The notes under the pieces are model-generated. The model searched no databases. It worked only from the letters and a program-made list of their open reading frames with translations, and was not told the origin of the DNA. Of a stretch of 64,000 nt of DNA, positions 37,653 through 52,800 are shown piece by piece. Each line of letters opens with the position of its first letter. Positions within the stretch are counted from its first letter, which is position 1. The DNA is taken from assembly GCA_965655095.1 (NCBI GenBank), contig OZ296653.1, positions 81,716,001-81,780,000 on the forward strand, given 5' to 3'. The DNA is from Haplodiscus bocki (lineage: Eukaryota). The position numbers and the translations under genes are program-made.

Positions 37653-40600
37653 TTATCTGTCATTCTCATGTGCACTGGCAGTTTTCTCGCAATTTTGCAT
37701 TTCAGAATTTATTGATCAAAAAAACTATTACTTTGCAACCAATTCATTTGCGTAATAGTTCAGCATTCATGCTGTCAACGCATGACGATTCATACGCAAT
37801 AGCGAAGTTTATTTGCATACTACTTTGCCCCATTGCTCCAACAATTTTTAGAGATCAATCAGGCTATCACAGGTTTTTCATGTTTTAATTAATGATCTTA
37901 AGCCCAATTTCCGAGGCAGGCCTTACACTTTCTTCCGTCTCTCAGGAACTGATTCTGGAAATGACAGAAGGTTTCACTGCGTTATTCTGCAACAACAACT
38001 GCTGCGAGAGAATGACAAAACAAGACTTTCATCTCAACTTCACGTTAAAATCTTTCAACGCAGAGGCAAACCGGAACTTCGCAACACATTCTGACTACTC
38101 GGTTCAAAACAAAGATCAAGTTGACAGATTAAAAGTCCTGAGAGACGTTTGAAGAACCTTGACCAGATAGATGATTGACACTTTTTGAAATACTACACCA
38201 GATGGCTATCAAGAGGTTGTTCGATAAATTCGAACTGAGTCAAGAACTTGTCACAGTGTCTGATACTCGAAAAGTTGATCTGTCAATCATAGCTTTTTAC
38301 ATTCGCTATTTTGCGGCTCAATGTTTGAAAAATTTACGCAGTAAACAAAGCCAAAAAAATGAACAATACTGTGTCCTGAAAAACGTTACATGTAAAAGTT
38401 TCGAGCTCTCCAAATGGCAAATAACAGTCAACATGACGTCAAAACAACTTCAAGTTTTTTTATTTCCCATAAAGCTTTCAGAGCTTAAAAAATTTAATCT
38501 TTTCCGGGGACACCTAATACACTGCCCACGTGTCTTTTATTCAAAACATTGTTGTGTGAAACATTACCTTTCTGAACGCTGCTGTTCAACTTTCAAACCA
38601 ATGTTCGAAAATTTACACTTTCAAGAATGCAAAAAACAGGTACCAGCTAATAGGTTTCAAAAAAAGGCCCTTTTGACCATTTACATTAGATGACTAGACT
38701 CTTTCATGACGTCACAAAAATTATAAATGAGCCGATTCCCACTACACACTCTTCCTCTCAGTCACTATGTGTAAAAAATATCACAAAGTATTTGTAAGCA
38801 GGCAACTCTGCATTTGATTATTCTCGTTAATTTTTAAAAAGTATTATGTAACTGAAAGCTGAAGGGTGGGTCATTCCGATTTGAATACACATTAAATTAA
38901 TTTTAAGTCAGTAGTTTTGACATTATTGCGGATTATTTGACACAAAAATCAAAAACCTAATGACCTTTCATTCATCGTTTTATGCTATAGAATTGGATGT
39001 AACACTAGTGGATTATACACCACGGCGAAATAAATGAGCATTAATTGAAGAAGAAGTTCATAAAAATGGGGAATTTCTTCCGTCAATTTTAACCCATATA
39101 AAAAACTCCCGAAGCTTGTGATATGCCACATTCCTAGTGCAGCACTTCTGAAGCAACAGTTGGGTATATTCATGTTTCCATAGTTCTATTTTACCATATC
39201 TGCCATGATAAAATTGAAAAAAAAATTGATTTCATGCCAGTATTTCCGAGAAAAAAATTCTGCTTGTCAACCAAGAGTTAGTTCGAAAGAAAGCTATAAA
39301 AAAACCCATCAAAAATTGAAACATGTTTTGAAACTGTAAATCTCGAAAATGCAAGTATTAGTAAACAGTAGGTGAAAATGCTTCATAAATTCCTTGCCCA
39401 ATCTGTCAACCATTCGAATTATGAAAGTAAAGAGTACATCATTGCAGTAAAACAACAGTCAGCACTTTCAATATCTCACTAAAAGGCTCACGCCATTTTC
39501 ACAATTTCATATCATCTCGAGGTAAGTTTTAATTTAATGATTGACAATCAACATGGTTGACTAGAAAGCTTCAACGCTTTGCTTAATATTATAGGTTATT
39601 TTAGCCAACCCAGTAGACAACTTGAAGTGCCTTCCACACTGCCTCATACTCAAAACCTTGACCTGTCAATCATACGTTTTTGAGTCGCTCCTTTTTCTAC
39701 TTGTTCAAGAAACACTTATATTTTGAATGCGAAAACAAGTACCTGCTAGATCTCACAGAAAGGTCAGTTGTGACCAATTAGCGCTTCACCACTAGACTCC
39801 GAAGACGTCAAAAACTGCTAGTTTTGAGCCACAAAAAAGACTTCAGTTACCCGTTCCAATACACGCTTCAAAACTTCTTTTAACCATGTGTAAAACATTT
39901 GAATTTTTTCTCTCTAATTCGCTAATTTCAAAAATGTATATCATGACACTCGAGTGTTCGAAAGATTTTTTCATGTTTGAGTAAAAAGAGTCGAGTAAAA
40001 CTTCGAGCCAAAAATTTTCATTTTCTGTGAGCCAATAATCTTCATTTTCTGTTAAGTTGTCATTGGTCTTTCCAACCATCAATATTCGCAGCATTTCAAG
40101 GTGCACGATTTTTGTCTCCGCGAGAAAAGACCCAATTCTAAGCGGTGTAAAGTATTTCGGACGATTCAAGAGTCAAGAGTATTCAATTATTTTTACTAGC
40201 AAAAGTTGCAAGAAAAACGCAACTTTCCACGGGTTCGTTATTTTAAAACATTTTATACTAGCGATAGATTGACTGCAAAAAATTGATAAATTTCTTTTAA
40301 AACAGCTAGTTTACATTTTTCCGTTTTCTCAATTTCTTTAGCGCAGTTGAATACACAAAATATCGTAGTGCCACTGCACCTGTTACATACGTCGAAGCAT
40401 AGGCGCCAAGTTGAAAATACTTAACAAGATCAATGATTTGGATGTAGTGCAAGTGGGTAAAATGCCCTTAGATCGAGGACTGCTACGAAGATCGTGTTAA
40501 TTTGGCTGATATTCAGACAATCGGTGCCAATTATGAGTTACGTTTTTCCCAAAGACTTCCACGCAGAAGCCATTATAGGAACAGCAGATGCTCACTTCGG

Positions 40601-40738
40601 AATTCGAGAAAAAAATGGAGTTCGAAATATTCTATAACACTGTGAAAACCAAAAACAAACTTTAGAAATAAGTAAAGAACAAAATCTATGTTTTTGCAGA
40701 TGGGTCATTGTTATCCAACGCATTCTGTTTTGACCAAG

Positions 40739-40836
40739 TCAATCAGCTAGTTCCATCGCCTCAAACCTATCCATGTCATAAAAAGAGGCTCTCACTTGCC
40801 TTCCTCCAAACCATCGACCATTTAAGTCTACCAAAC
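40739..40836 (-). CDS. RBM17: RBM17 last coding exon (UHM C-terminus)
   Basis: GLVDLNGRWFGGRQVRASFYDMDRFEAMELAD*; acceptor TTTCAG. Confidence 0.95.
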
Positions 40837-43800
40837 CTGAAATGACAAAAACGCAATTAAGCCTTCGATATCGACCAAATCACATTGTCGACTGATTCAG
40901 CTCTCAATTCATACTATAGTTCATTTCATTCAATTGATCGTTCAAACATTAGCGATAGTTAATCGGAACCTCCCATTGCTTCTCCACAAAGCTGAAGCTC
41001 AAATACCAGAACACAATGAAAGCATGTTACTTGAATTTTAGGCCTCGAGGAACATTTTTTTGACTCCATCCTATCAATGGCAATGAACCTTTTCAAACTT
41101 ATTTTGAAAATATACTTGGCAGAGTTATGGGAGTGATTTGGCATTGCTCTCCCCCTCAGATATGTTCACCAAATCATTTCTAACTACTTTTCAAATGTTT
41201 CATCAATTTTCTGAATAAAAGAAAATGAAGGAACCTTTGATTGCAGATTCCATTCTCTTGAACTCTACGAAGATTCGCACAGCGTCGTCACAGCCCTCGA
41301 TGTTAGCAGGAGGGATGTTGGGCATTTCGAATATGACCACTTTAACAACATCTCCATATTTGGAACACTCTTCTGCAGTCTCTGGCTCCACGTCTTCGTC
41401 CACTTCCCCTGGACCTACCATGTTCTAAACAACAAAACAAGAAAATAAGGGCAAGCCCAAACATTCACTCCAAGTTAAGTTGAGTGGCGCTAAACATTGA
41501 ATGAGTATTTAATGTGAAAGCGGGCAGTACGACACCTTGCCCTAAGTGACCGACAACTCACCACAAACGACAATTTGTGCCTCAAATAGCAGAAGGCCTC
41601 AACTCGCCTCAAACTTTGCATACTGTGCCATCTTCAGTGCAATTCCTATTTCAGAAAGTTAGAAAACAAAACTTTGTATCTTGGTTACCATGAATATGAC
41701 CCTTGAAGAAGAAAAGTTACAACCTATATCTAAAAAAGCTTTGAGTAACAACAAAGGAAACCTTCAATAAGAACTAAGTTAATTATCTAGGCGAGGTCCC
41801 TTGTTACATTTTGCGGCAAGGGGTCGCCTGTGGCAAATAGTTGCTTTTCGGTGAAACTGGTAAGAATTGAAAAATATTTTTCCATTGAAAAGAACAACTC
41901 AAAATCTCATTAACTCAAGTGCAGAAAAAAATTATACAAAACATGATCACTCAATCTAATTCGAAAACCTGATCGGTGATTTTTCGAACAAGAAAGTTTC
42001 AAAGTAGCTTTGTCACAAAGTAGGAAATGGACAGTTACAGCATAATTTGTCACAAATACTTAGAAACAGTGAATTGCACCGATTCTCGATACCGGAAAAA
42101 ATACCCGATAAAAGCACATAAAGTACCGTACACGATGACTAGGAAAGGCATGATACAATACAAGAAATACAAAGATTACATTACATTGATAAGCAAAACA
42201 AAGATAAGCGTTAAAGGGTACCCCTTAAAATTTTTCAGGAAATTTTTGTTTGAACGTTTTGATCTCCTTATTATGCCCGCAAAAGGCATTAATTAACTGG
42301 TCGCAACATGCATTTTCTGTTTCATCAGGGGAAAAAGAAACGGTTACGACACATCGTTGACCTCCAAATGTTAACTATTTGACACTTACCGGAATTCCGT
42401 AAAAATACCGAATGATTAGGAACGTACAGTAATACCGGATAAAATCTCGTCTTCAAAAATACCCGATTACACGATAATCAATCCTGTTAGTATCGGTTAA
42501 TACACTGCTTGGAAGAGTGAACTCAAAAAAGACCTGTGCTGTCAAACTTGTTCTAACTTTGAGTAGGATGACTTTGGAAGGACGCTTCATCATTTCTGTG
42601 ATTGACTCTTGCTCTTCCTGTTCTCGTTTGGCTGCTTCCCTTACTTCGTGATCTGCAAACATGATCAGAAAGGTAAGGTCACGAAACAACTTGTTCAACA
42701 GAGGCGAAGCTGTGTTTCGCAACACTTGCGCAAGCGGAATACACGTGAGAAACGCTATAACATTTCAATCGGTTGATAGTTCAAATAAAAATACCCATTC
42801 TTATGCGGCAATAGAAGAGTCGGTAAGTAGATCATGCGAATACGGCGCCAAAGGTCATACTTTCGATCCTAGGAAGTACCTTCTCTTTGATCGAAATCTA
42901 CGAACGAATGCGAGTTGTAAGCGGATTGGAAGTCGGCAGAAGACTGTGATATAACACTTGCTTGCGCAAGTGTAACGACTTTACATGGACAATCGTATCA
43001 CCGTACCAGCATTGATAATCTTTCCTCCCCGTTTGCTCGTTTTCTCCACACTGAGAGCAGTTGCGATTCCTTGCCCACTTTTTCCCAAGCCAGTTCCTTC
43101 TTTGTAGCCGTACTGCTTCATGATCTTCGCTGCCACCGAAGTGCTGAAAGAAAAACTCCCGGCATTCCATCTGCCCCGCCGGATAAATCAAAATTTCTTC
43201 ATCACTTTTCGATACTTTTAGTTTTCGTTGCAAAGTTTAGCCTAAGTTTCAATTGCAAAAGAACAACTCCTCGCTAGTAAATCATAATTTTCATTTGAGG
43301 CAAAACATGCGCCATTATACATATACAAAATCTGGGGTTTCAAAGCCGAAAATTTCAAATCACGCGGAAGAAGCATTTGTTGCAATAATCAGTGAATAGC
43401 TGAGAAGCATTTTTCACATGACATGTTTATTATCAACTTTGGTAATTTTAGAGGGGAAATGTTGAAAAAGAAGATCCCGCAAACTTGCACTTTTAAAACC
43501 CTGCTCGATTTCCCAGCAGCATAATTTTTTGAAATTTTTATTGGCTTGGATGTGAAGTATAAGCAACTAGAATACTGTGACAGAAGACTCTCGATTAATC
43601 AAATAAATGATTATAGAGTATTATAATGAAAGTAATTATGTGAATGTTAGTTTCTTACCCCATTTGCATGGACGAGTCCGTTTTGTGAAATATTTTGGCA
43701 TAAGGTCTATCAGGAACTGGCGCAGCAACGATAGGATTTGCTACAGCACAACAAACAGCAAAACTATTTTCAAACGTACAAACTCAATTTTATTTACAAC

Positions 43801-46800
43801 AAACTTTACACCCAATTTTCATCCCTTTCCTGAAGTTTTCAAATCTATCAATTATTTTTCACGTAGGATCCCCAAAAACTTTACACTGTGGTTAAACTTT
43901 TCCAGAGATTCCGTCATCGGTGAAACCACAGAATTGACGCCCCTCAAAATTACCCGTTTTCTAACAACTTCCAGAAAAACAGCAACATTTTGCCCAATTA
44001 AATGAAATATGCTATCAATTCTCGAATTGGCGAATCGAATGACTAACATGAATACAAGTTCAACATTTTCACTGAATTTTCGTATACTTTTGCCGAGAAT
44101 TTCGTACCACCCAAAAAGCATCCACTGATAAAAACATAAGATGTCTTGAACACTTGGTTAAAACTAGGATTGAAGCCAAATTACCTGCGATTAGTTTTTC
44201 CTGAGCTTGCAGTTGAACTTGGGGAGGAGCTATAGCAGCACCTTTCTTGGATGGATCTAGAACATAAATTGAAATCGTTAATCATCATTCGCAATGGCGT
44301 GATTTCATATTCAAAAATAGACTTCAGATATATCTTTTACATTAGCTGCCATAAACAGACTTTCAGCTTTTAGCTACCAAACAACGCTTCATTGAGCAAC
44401 GTGAAAATTTGAAATTCACAAGTTAAACTGGGTGACAATAAAAACTGCACTACTGTGTTCAAACATAGCCGCCCAAGACGGATAGGACTTCGGAGAAGTT
44501 TTGGGATAACGAAGGTGTCCCCCTCGACCTTTATTCCGTTTTCCCCCGAATTAGGATAAATGAATTCAAAATTTCCTCGTTGACGCTTTTCTTAAGTACA
44601 TTGCCTAGGGAACAATTTTTTTTTCTAATTTGCGCGCTCTCACGGCAACTATGATGGCCCGCATGGTCCCTCCTGTACTCCCCACGCAGCTTTGATGCGT
44701 TTTCCAAAAAACTAAAATTTTTCAAAAGTCGCATGAAATTCCACATGTCGGATGAAGTCGTAAAACGTCGTAAGAAAAAGCTTTAAAAAAACAAAAATTT
44801 TCCGAAATCTAAAAATCCAAAGTAACCGATTACTTTTGTCATAAGACAGCAATCTAAAGGTTTTCTGTTCCTTCTAAAGGTGATCAACATTTGATGTGTT
44901 GTATTGACTAACTTTCAGATAGAAATCGTGTAACCTATACTTCGTGTATCTTGGCATCGTGTATCGATACCGTCGCTAAAACTTCGTGTACAGTTTCGTG
45001 TCTCCCATGCATTCAGAGATTATGAAAAACGCCAAATTTTCCGGAAAGATCAATTTTTCAAGCGTTTCTGGATTTAGTGTAAGAACTAGTTTTTGCGTTC
45101 CAAGGGATTTCAAGTTACAGACTAAGAACAAAAGGTTTTAAACTTACGTATAACGCCAAAATCTATAATTAAAAGTTAGGAAACAATCGGTCGAGATTCG
45201 CGATTTTTGGAAAAATCAAAGTTGCATTTGTTGCTGCTGAAATCGTGTACTACGCGTATTTCGATTAAACCCTGTAGTCCTCCATTACTTGGACCGTTTA
45301 ATGCAAACACCATGCATTCCGATATCAATACAAATACACTGATTTGATGGCATAGATTGGTTTAAGATTAACCATACTATCTGGTATAGCAAGTGTGGTA
45401 GAAAGAGAGCTTCACATTGATTTGAAAGACAAAATACATGAGATTCGTTCAAAAGGGTGTTTTTGGTTGAATATAGAAACAGAGTTGAAATTCATAGTGC
45501 AGCTTTAGGATATTCCATGTTTCTGCCTTCTAAAATCTGGTAGGATTTCAAATTTGGTCCCGCAGAAACTGGACTTTTTCAAAATCCGTCCCAGACCGGA
45601 ATTCCGGAACTGCGCTACGGTCAACTGTATCAGCTTGATTAAATTAATTGGTAGCCGTACCGGGTAAATTTTTGTCAGGCTCAAATTCTTCGTCTTCGCT
45701 GTCAGAATACCTTCCAGCGAATCCAGGGGTAGGTTTGTTGCCCATGATTGAGGCAATCGAGGGCGGAGCTGAGGTGGTTTCAGGTGCATGTGGTTGCATG
45801 CTGGGGACAGGAGCGATATCTGGAGAAGAGGTTCTGGCCATTTTGCTAGCTGATTGGCCACTGCCACCCTCATAGTCACGAGGACTTCTTGTTCTGCTTC
45901 TCCTGTAAACAAATATTTTAGAAAACATAGGTGTCAAAGACGCAAGTCATTAATCGCTAAGAAATAATTAGTCAAATTAGAAGAAAGCCAGCCAATTTCA
46001 CGTAAAATGACTGGTAACTTTGAAAATAGGCCCCTAGAGGGGCTCGAGACATGGAAGAGAATGAATTACAAGATGATTCAAGATGATACAAGAAGAATTA
46101 CATTTTTAATCAAAATTCAACTGTCTACAAAAAAGCCTTCATAATTAATCGATAAAACTTTTTAAAGCAGTGTTATAATTATAATAGTCACAACGAAGTG
46201 GGGAGCCAACTGACGGATGAAGTTTCAAACGAAAAATCTATAAAAAAAGTCAAAATTTTCGAAAATTTGATCAACTTCGCAGCCACAGGAAAGCGCATTG
46301 AATTACTTTGCATCCACACGAAAGCAAACGACTACGAAATAATCCGCGATAGGTTAGATTAAAAAGGTTCGCTTCTTAAAGTGTATTAGCCATAAAGAAT
46401 GAAGTTCCGGTCCGCCAGTTCGCGAAAGTAGCCATAGATTAGATAGTAGCGAAATTTGGCTGTATCAAAATCATTGTGACACACCTTTTGAACATTTTGA
46501 AAGAGAACAAGATCCAAAACATTCATGATACCCAATTGCATAAACTGAAATCTCCGAAAAAAACTAGAAATTTTGCGATAACTTTGCGCATACAAATTTA
46601 CAATGGTAATACCGACATTTGTCGTGATACCCACTTGTTTTGGACAAAAAATATCAGCTCCTAGTGACATTCACAAAATGCCTCCAAAAAACGATTGTTT
46701 TCTAAGTTACACAAAACAAATTTCAAGGACGTAACCAAAAAGGCGTGATTCCCCCTTTTGTATCCTGTATCCCCAGTATGTGCCTGGCCTACTAAAATTA

Positions 46801-49800
46801 TCTAGGATAAATCAAGCTACTGCAGTTACGTTATGAAAATTACAATTACAATACTAACACTTACGGCCGATAACGACAATTGAATTTTACAAATTTACCT
46901 TCTTACAACTTTACAATTATATTGTTTAGGGCAAACAATCGAAAGGCGATTAATCGAGTGCTGCATTCTACATTTTTCAACCTCACAAATCATTTATGGC
47001 GGATGATCAGAGTCCTTACGTTCAAGTTTACATGTAAATGAATGTGTATTCTATTCTAGCAACGTTAAACACAGCAGCCAGAGTCAGTCACTGAGTTTAC
47101 GATTTTACAATTATCTTCATTCAAAACCTTAAAACTGCCTGGAAGAAGGTCAAGAGGTGTAATTAAAATATCGAATACCTTCCGTTTCGATATTAAAAAA
47201 CAAAATGGAAATACTAACAAAAAAAACGGCCAATTTCAAAAGAAAATTGACACAGAGGCGAAGCTCTTCTTAGAAAACACATTCGAACACAATATTTAAC
47301 ACTGAGTCGAATCCGTGCTCCACAAACACATACGAATACAGTAAAAGAGATGTTAGACAAAAAAATCGGTTCCCTAGGCCTTTAGGAGGCTCACTTTTGC
47401 CTCAAAAAGCAGATCCTTTGACGATAATGCAGCTAAAAAAACCTTTTGAGGTCATATTTCACAGTAGTAGCATGTGCCTGATTTCCCTACTTGATATGGT
47501 AAATGCTTGAAAAAGCTGATTTGCAAGGCAAAAGTGCAAAAAAATATGAATTTAAAAAAATCGCTAATTTTCGGATTACACCATTTTGGACAAAAATTAA
47601 ACTCTGAAAAAAATACAAAATTAGCCACTTTTTATTCATTTATTTTAGATGCATAGTTGAACTGGATGGTAGACAGTCAAATGTTTGAAAAAACAGCAGT
47701 TTTCGTCCACTCGAAAACAGTTAATCTTTTCTCATCAAAAAAACGTAATTTATCAAGGAAAAAACTGAATACATTCTCTCGTACTTGTTTTTAATGGACT
47801 TACAGCTAAAAATTCGTACTAGAAAGCGACAGGGCAAAATTTACAGCGAAGGCGATAATTAGCTATTTTATCCTTACTTTATGGAACCGAAAAAAAACAA
47901 GGGACTATTATTCTCTTGTAATAAGTTCTGAATGTGCTTCAGTACTGTAAGGGTTGGGAATACCAGCTGAAAATCTGATATTTACGACAAAAATGCAGAA
48001 GATCCGTAAAAACCGCAAAAGTGGCTAATTTTGGTCTATTTTAAAGCGTCAAAACACTTTTTTTAAACATTTCCGAACTTTAGTAAAAATCCTCACAATT
48101 TAACTTCTCGTAATGAGTTATTGGATGAAAGACAGCGGAAAATTCCAAAAAAAAACGAAAAATTCGGGTGCTTTCGTTGAGTAAAAAATGTAAACGTGCG
48201 GTTTTCTCCGTTTTTACAAAAACGCACAAATTTTCGAAAAAAGTGAGTTTTTAGTCGGCGTTTTACTCTAGTAAAAAAGAAGCGGACAATTGCGACTTTT
48301 ACTTATAAGATGAGAAGACTCAGATAGAACTGATCGAATTTCATCAAACTAGCGATCTTGACCATTTGAAGTATATCATTGCTTCCAAATTGTCAATAAC
48401 CAACAAGTTCCTGATACCCACATGCATAGACTGCAACAGAGCGCGTTCGAACCCTGGTATAAGCTATAAATATTTTTACATTTTCTACCACAAACTAATA
48501 CAAAAGCCTACCTACTATCGGAAAATAGGGCCGTCGCTCCAAATTTTTTTTCGGCAACACCTTAAAAAAGCTAATGAAACGATAGGGAGCGTAATCGGAT
48601 CCCAGCATAAGCTACCTTTTCTTACGTTTTTTTAAACCAAAAACACCAAAATACATTTCTTGAAGCATTAAATCAACACCGTCCTATGAGCATTTTGAGC
48701 CATAAAAGCGGCACCAACTCTGGCATTCTCAGCTTCTTATTATTTTGGTCTCAATCTGTCGCATAAGTTGAGTTAATTTACTATTTAAAAGTTGAGTTGA
48801 TTTAGATTTCGCACAAACGTTTATATTTCGAAAACCAAAAAATTCCGTCATCTCCCCCTGTAAACTTTAGGGAACGCACATCAAATATTATAATTTTGTC
48901 ACAGTCATAAAACATTCAAATGCATATGAGGGGCATAATATTGACCAACGCAGATGGCGGCGATTGCAGTACATGAAATTAAACGGAAGGCAGTGCCTTC
49001 ACTTTGCTATTTTTGTGTTGTGCACGACCGGACAAAAATCCCACCGTATCCGTGTTCATGACACTTGCTATTGCCAATGTAGCAGACAGTCGAAGCAAAA
49101 CTTCGCGAAGCTGTCAACACACTAAGAGCTTGGATGGCGCCCTTATGGATACAAAGTGTTCGAGGAAATCATTTTCCAGAAGATCAAAATTCTACCTTTC
49201 AAAGTTTACAGATTGACTTTGAACATTTTCTGCAGAAAGTGAGAAAATAGAGGTCCTTGGCTTTAACCTAACCGAACGTAACCAATGGCGAATAGTTGTC
49301 CCAAAAGCGTAGAGTTGCCATCCAATTGTTCTAACAAACGTGTTCAGGAAAATTACTTTAGCAAACATCGTTGTGCTACGAAAATTAGATCTCGAAGTTT
49401 ACATTGAAGTCTGTTCCAGATAATGTACGAAAATAGAGATCACTAGAACTTCCAAACTGCCAGTAGCTAAATTAAAAGCGGATCAAAGTAAGCCCATAGA
49501 CATTTGATGGGGAAAAGTGAGTGAAAAAAACGATATATCAGTAATTATCCATTTCAACGTTCCAAGTTATTAATCTTTCTTTTTGGCCTGATTTTCAAGT
49601 TACATTAGCGCAAAAGACATAGAAATTCTGACCTGTTCCGTGAGCGAAGCAATGTTTCACTGCAAGCGATAACAAGTAAATATTCGCCATCAACTAATGC
49701 GAGATGCCTACACCCGGAGGAATAAAACCTGAATCCTAATAAGCTGGCGTTGCCAGCTGAAACAAATAACCATAGCTCCGCACAGCTGTATAACCAAAAG

Positions 49801-52800
49801 GACTCAATTTTTCGATAACCTAAAACAAATTTACAGCAGATTACACGAATGCCAAAAACGTCATTCCAGAAGTATCACAATAAAAATGTTGATATATTTT
49901 CAGTAAATCAGGAATGAGTCACAATGTAGAAACATAGGCACTTCTCACAAAAGCAAGAAAAATGTGCTGTCGCTTTTTAATAGTAAAAAACGGTATATGA
50001 AGGATTTGATTATCAATTTCTTATTTTGATTTTAACAATGTATCTTCAGAATACATCAATTTTCATGTTATTTTTTCGCCAGAAAAACCTAAACAAAACT
50101 TTTCTCCACCGTATCAAGAAAAATTAGGTACTACACTGGAGTCTCCTTGTTATGAGTCAAAAATTGTTGTTTTTCAGACTCCTCTTCCGGGATAATGGAT
50201 TAAAGTCTGACAGAAAATTTAAGTTCTCCCTGAAGTTTAAGAAAATACCATTTTGAAGTAAATTTATTGCGCAAAAATAATTTTACTGCAAAGAGATAAA
50301 CTAAACAGACTGGAGACTCTTGGCCATTCTTCTAGAAAACATCGATCATTTTCAGGACATGAAAATAAAAATGACAAAATTAAATTTACTAAAGCACGAC
50401 TTCCAAGTTCACTTGAAAAAAAAACAGCGAAAAATTTTTGACAGCAAAAGAATTTTATTATACGAGAGCCTCAGGTCGTTTTCTCACGCCCCTCGAAAAG
50501 ATTGATAATTTTCAGATTGGTCTCCCCGGATAAGGATTAAACATAACATCTTCCAAACAAAAAAAAACGACTTTCAGATTTTTTTTGCTCAAAGCACGAA
50601 ACCCATATCTTTCCGGTTGGAGTTGAAATTCAACAGGCGAACCATTGTAACTTTCAGGTTTGTCTTTCCGGATACGGATTAAATATAACATCTTCAAAAT
50701 TAAAAAAAAACTACTTCCAGCCTTTTTTGCTCAAATAACAGAACCAACATTTTACTGATTGGAATCGAAATTCAGCAGGCACACCATTGTAACTTTCAGA
50801 TTTGTCTTTCCGGATACGGATTAAACATAACATCTTCAAAATATCAAAAAAACTACTTCCAGCCTTTTTTTGCTCAAAGAACAAAACCAACATTTTACCG
50901 ATTGGAATCGAAATTCAGCAGGCACACCATTGTATTCCATTATTGGTTCCTGGAAACATCGATCATTTCGAGACTTACCTTCAAGCAAATAGAACTGAAC
51001 TTTTCCGAAGCTCCATTTTCAAGTTTCTTCCGCAAAAAAAGCCTGTCCAAAAGCTTTCCGAACGCAACTAAAACTTAATATATGAAGAGACTAGCGTCTT
51101 ATTCCTACCAAAAAAAAACACCGCTGTGAGTTGAATTCCTGGATACAAAATTAAAACTTCACAAAACATTTGTGAAAAAGGAAAAAACTCGATTTTCAAA
51201 CATTTTTCGCAAAAACCCATGACAAAATTCGCAATAAAGATTTGTTTCTAATACGTTGGAATCCCTTATTTATGTCTATACCGTTGAAGTAGTTTCAAAA
51301 CGCAGGTACCAAGAAAAAATGGAAAATTCCACAAAATACTCAAAAATTGCACGGTTTTCGCAAAAAAATCGATCGAAAAATTTTCGCGCTCGAACCAAAA
51401 TTTAGTAAGTGATAAAACTGAGTCTCCCTTGTTAAACTTTTGCAAAATTTACGTAATTTGGAGGCCCAATTTGAAAAAATAGACTTCTTACGAAAGAAGT
51501 ATAAGTAAAATACGTTAAGATCCTGTTAAGATGAGTAAGAAAACTTGCATGCACTTCAAAAGAAAGACCTCTATTACCAGGTTTCAAGCAAGTTTGTCAA
51601 CCACAACATCTTTGTTCATTACACAGAGACTAAACTTTTTAAAACCACGCTTAGGCTTTTAATGCCAATATTTAACAGCTTCCAAGTCTAACAACAACCT
51701 GACAGCAACCGCGCTCGCTTTATCAGAGATGAAACTGGGTCACTTTTGTTGACCCTGGACCCATGTGACCCAAATGAACCCTGACCCTGGACCCAGCAAA
51801 CTAATTGGAAAAAGTCAAAACTCCTTCAAGCTTGTCAAACAATTTAGTTACAGGTTTCAAAAAGGCAGAAATTTGATTGACAAGGCCAATATTAATTGGT
51901 GTAATATAGCTCAATTTTAGCCTTTCATGCAGAATGTCTCTCAAGTTCTCGTACCAGATAACACTTGAAAAAGCTTTGCTTGATTGGTCACTAACTTGCT
52001 GGAGTTAGAATGAAAGAAATTCAAATCCGAGAGTTCCCAGAAGTCTAAGCATACACTATTCTACTCGCTCCCCTCGCTTTATCCCTCATTCATGTGTTAC
52101 GTACGAATTGAGATGAAACGCAGAGAGAAAAGTGAAAGCAATATGCCTCAACTTATCGCTTAATGCCTAAAAATTTGAAAAATCATAAAAAATTTGGATT
52201 TCATTTTCAATTATTCCAGGGAAACACGGAAATTTTCTTTAAAAATCCATCGTGCAATTTTAGACGATTAACTCAACCACCTAGACACGCACATTTTTAG
52301 AGGAAAGTTGAAGAACTTTTCATGGATATTGGTCTTTGCATCCTAGAAATTCAACCGTGAGAAACAAGAAAATTCCGGTGCAAACACGCATAGTAGAACT
52401 GACTTCTCGTCAGTCTTTTATTTGCACCAGAAAACAGCCAGATGATTACGTTATTATTTCACACACGGCATTCTACAGCTGGAAACGGTGTGACGTTATT
52501 TTGCGGATAGGCGAAGAAGCAATGACGATTGCTGGGAGAATAAATTGCGTGGATTCAGACGACGGCGCCATTGTGCATGTGAACATGAAGGTTCATGCTG
52601 ATTTTAAAATCTTCTTCCACAAGCCCCACGACCGAGTAGTTGAATTCGCTATTTCGGAACGTACTTTCAAAGAACCTTTTGATCTCCCCTTACTTGGTCT
52701 AACCAGCTCTTTCCATTTATTCGGAAGTGTTGTAGAGTCTCTTTCCAAAAAGTTATTTCCATTTTCCTCAGTTCAGTAGAATGAAGTATAACCTTGAGCT

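Noticed and set aside
37607-38693. Run of plus-strand ORFs (93, 86 and 172 aa)
   Set aside because: No recognisable motif or splice structure. Possibly a decayed TE, but this cannot be supported from the sequence alone.
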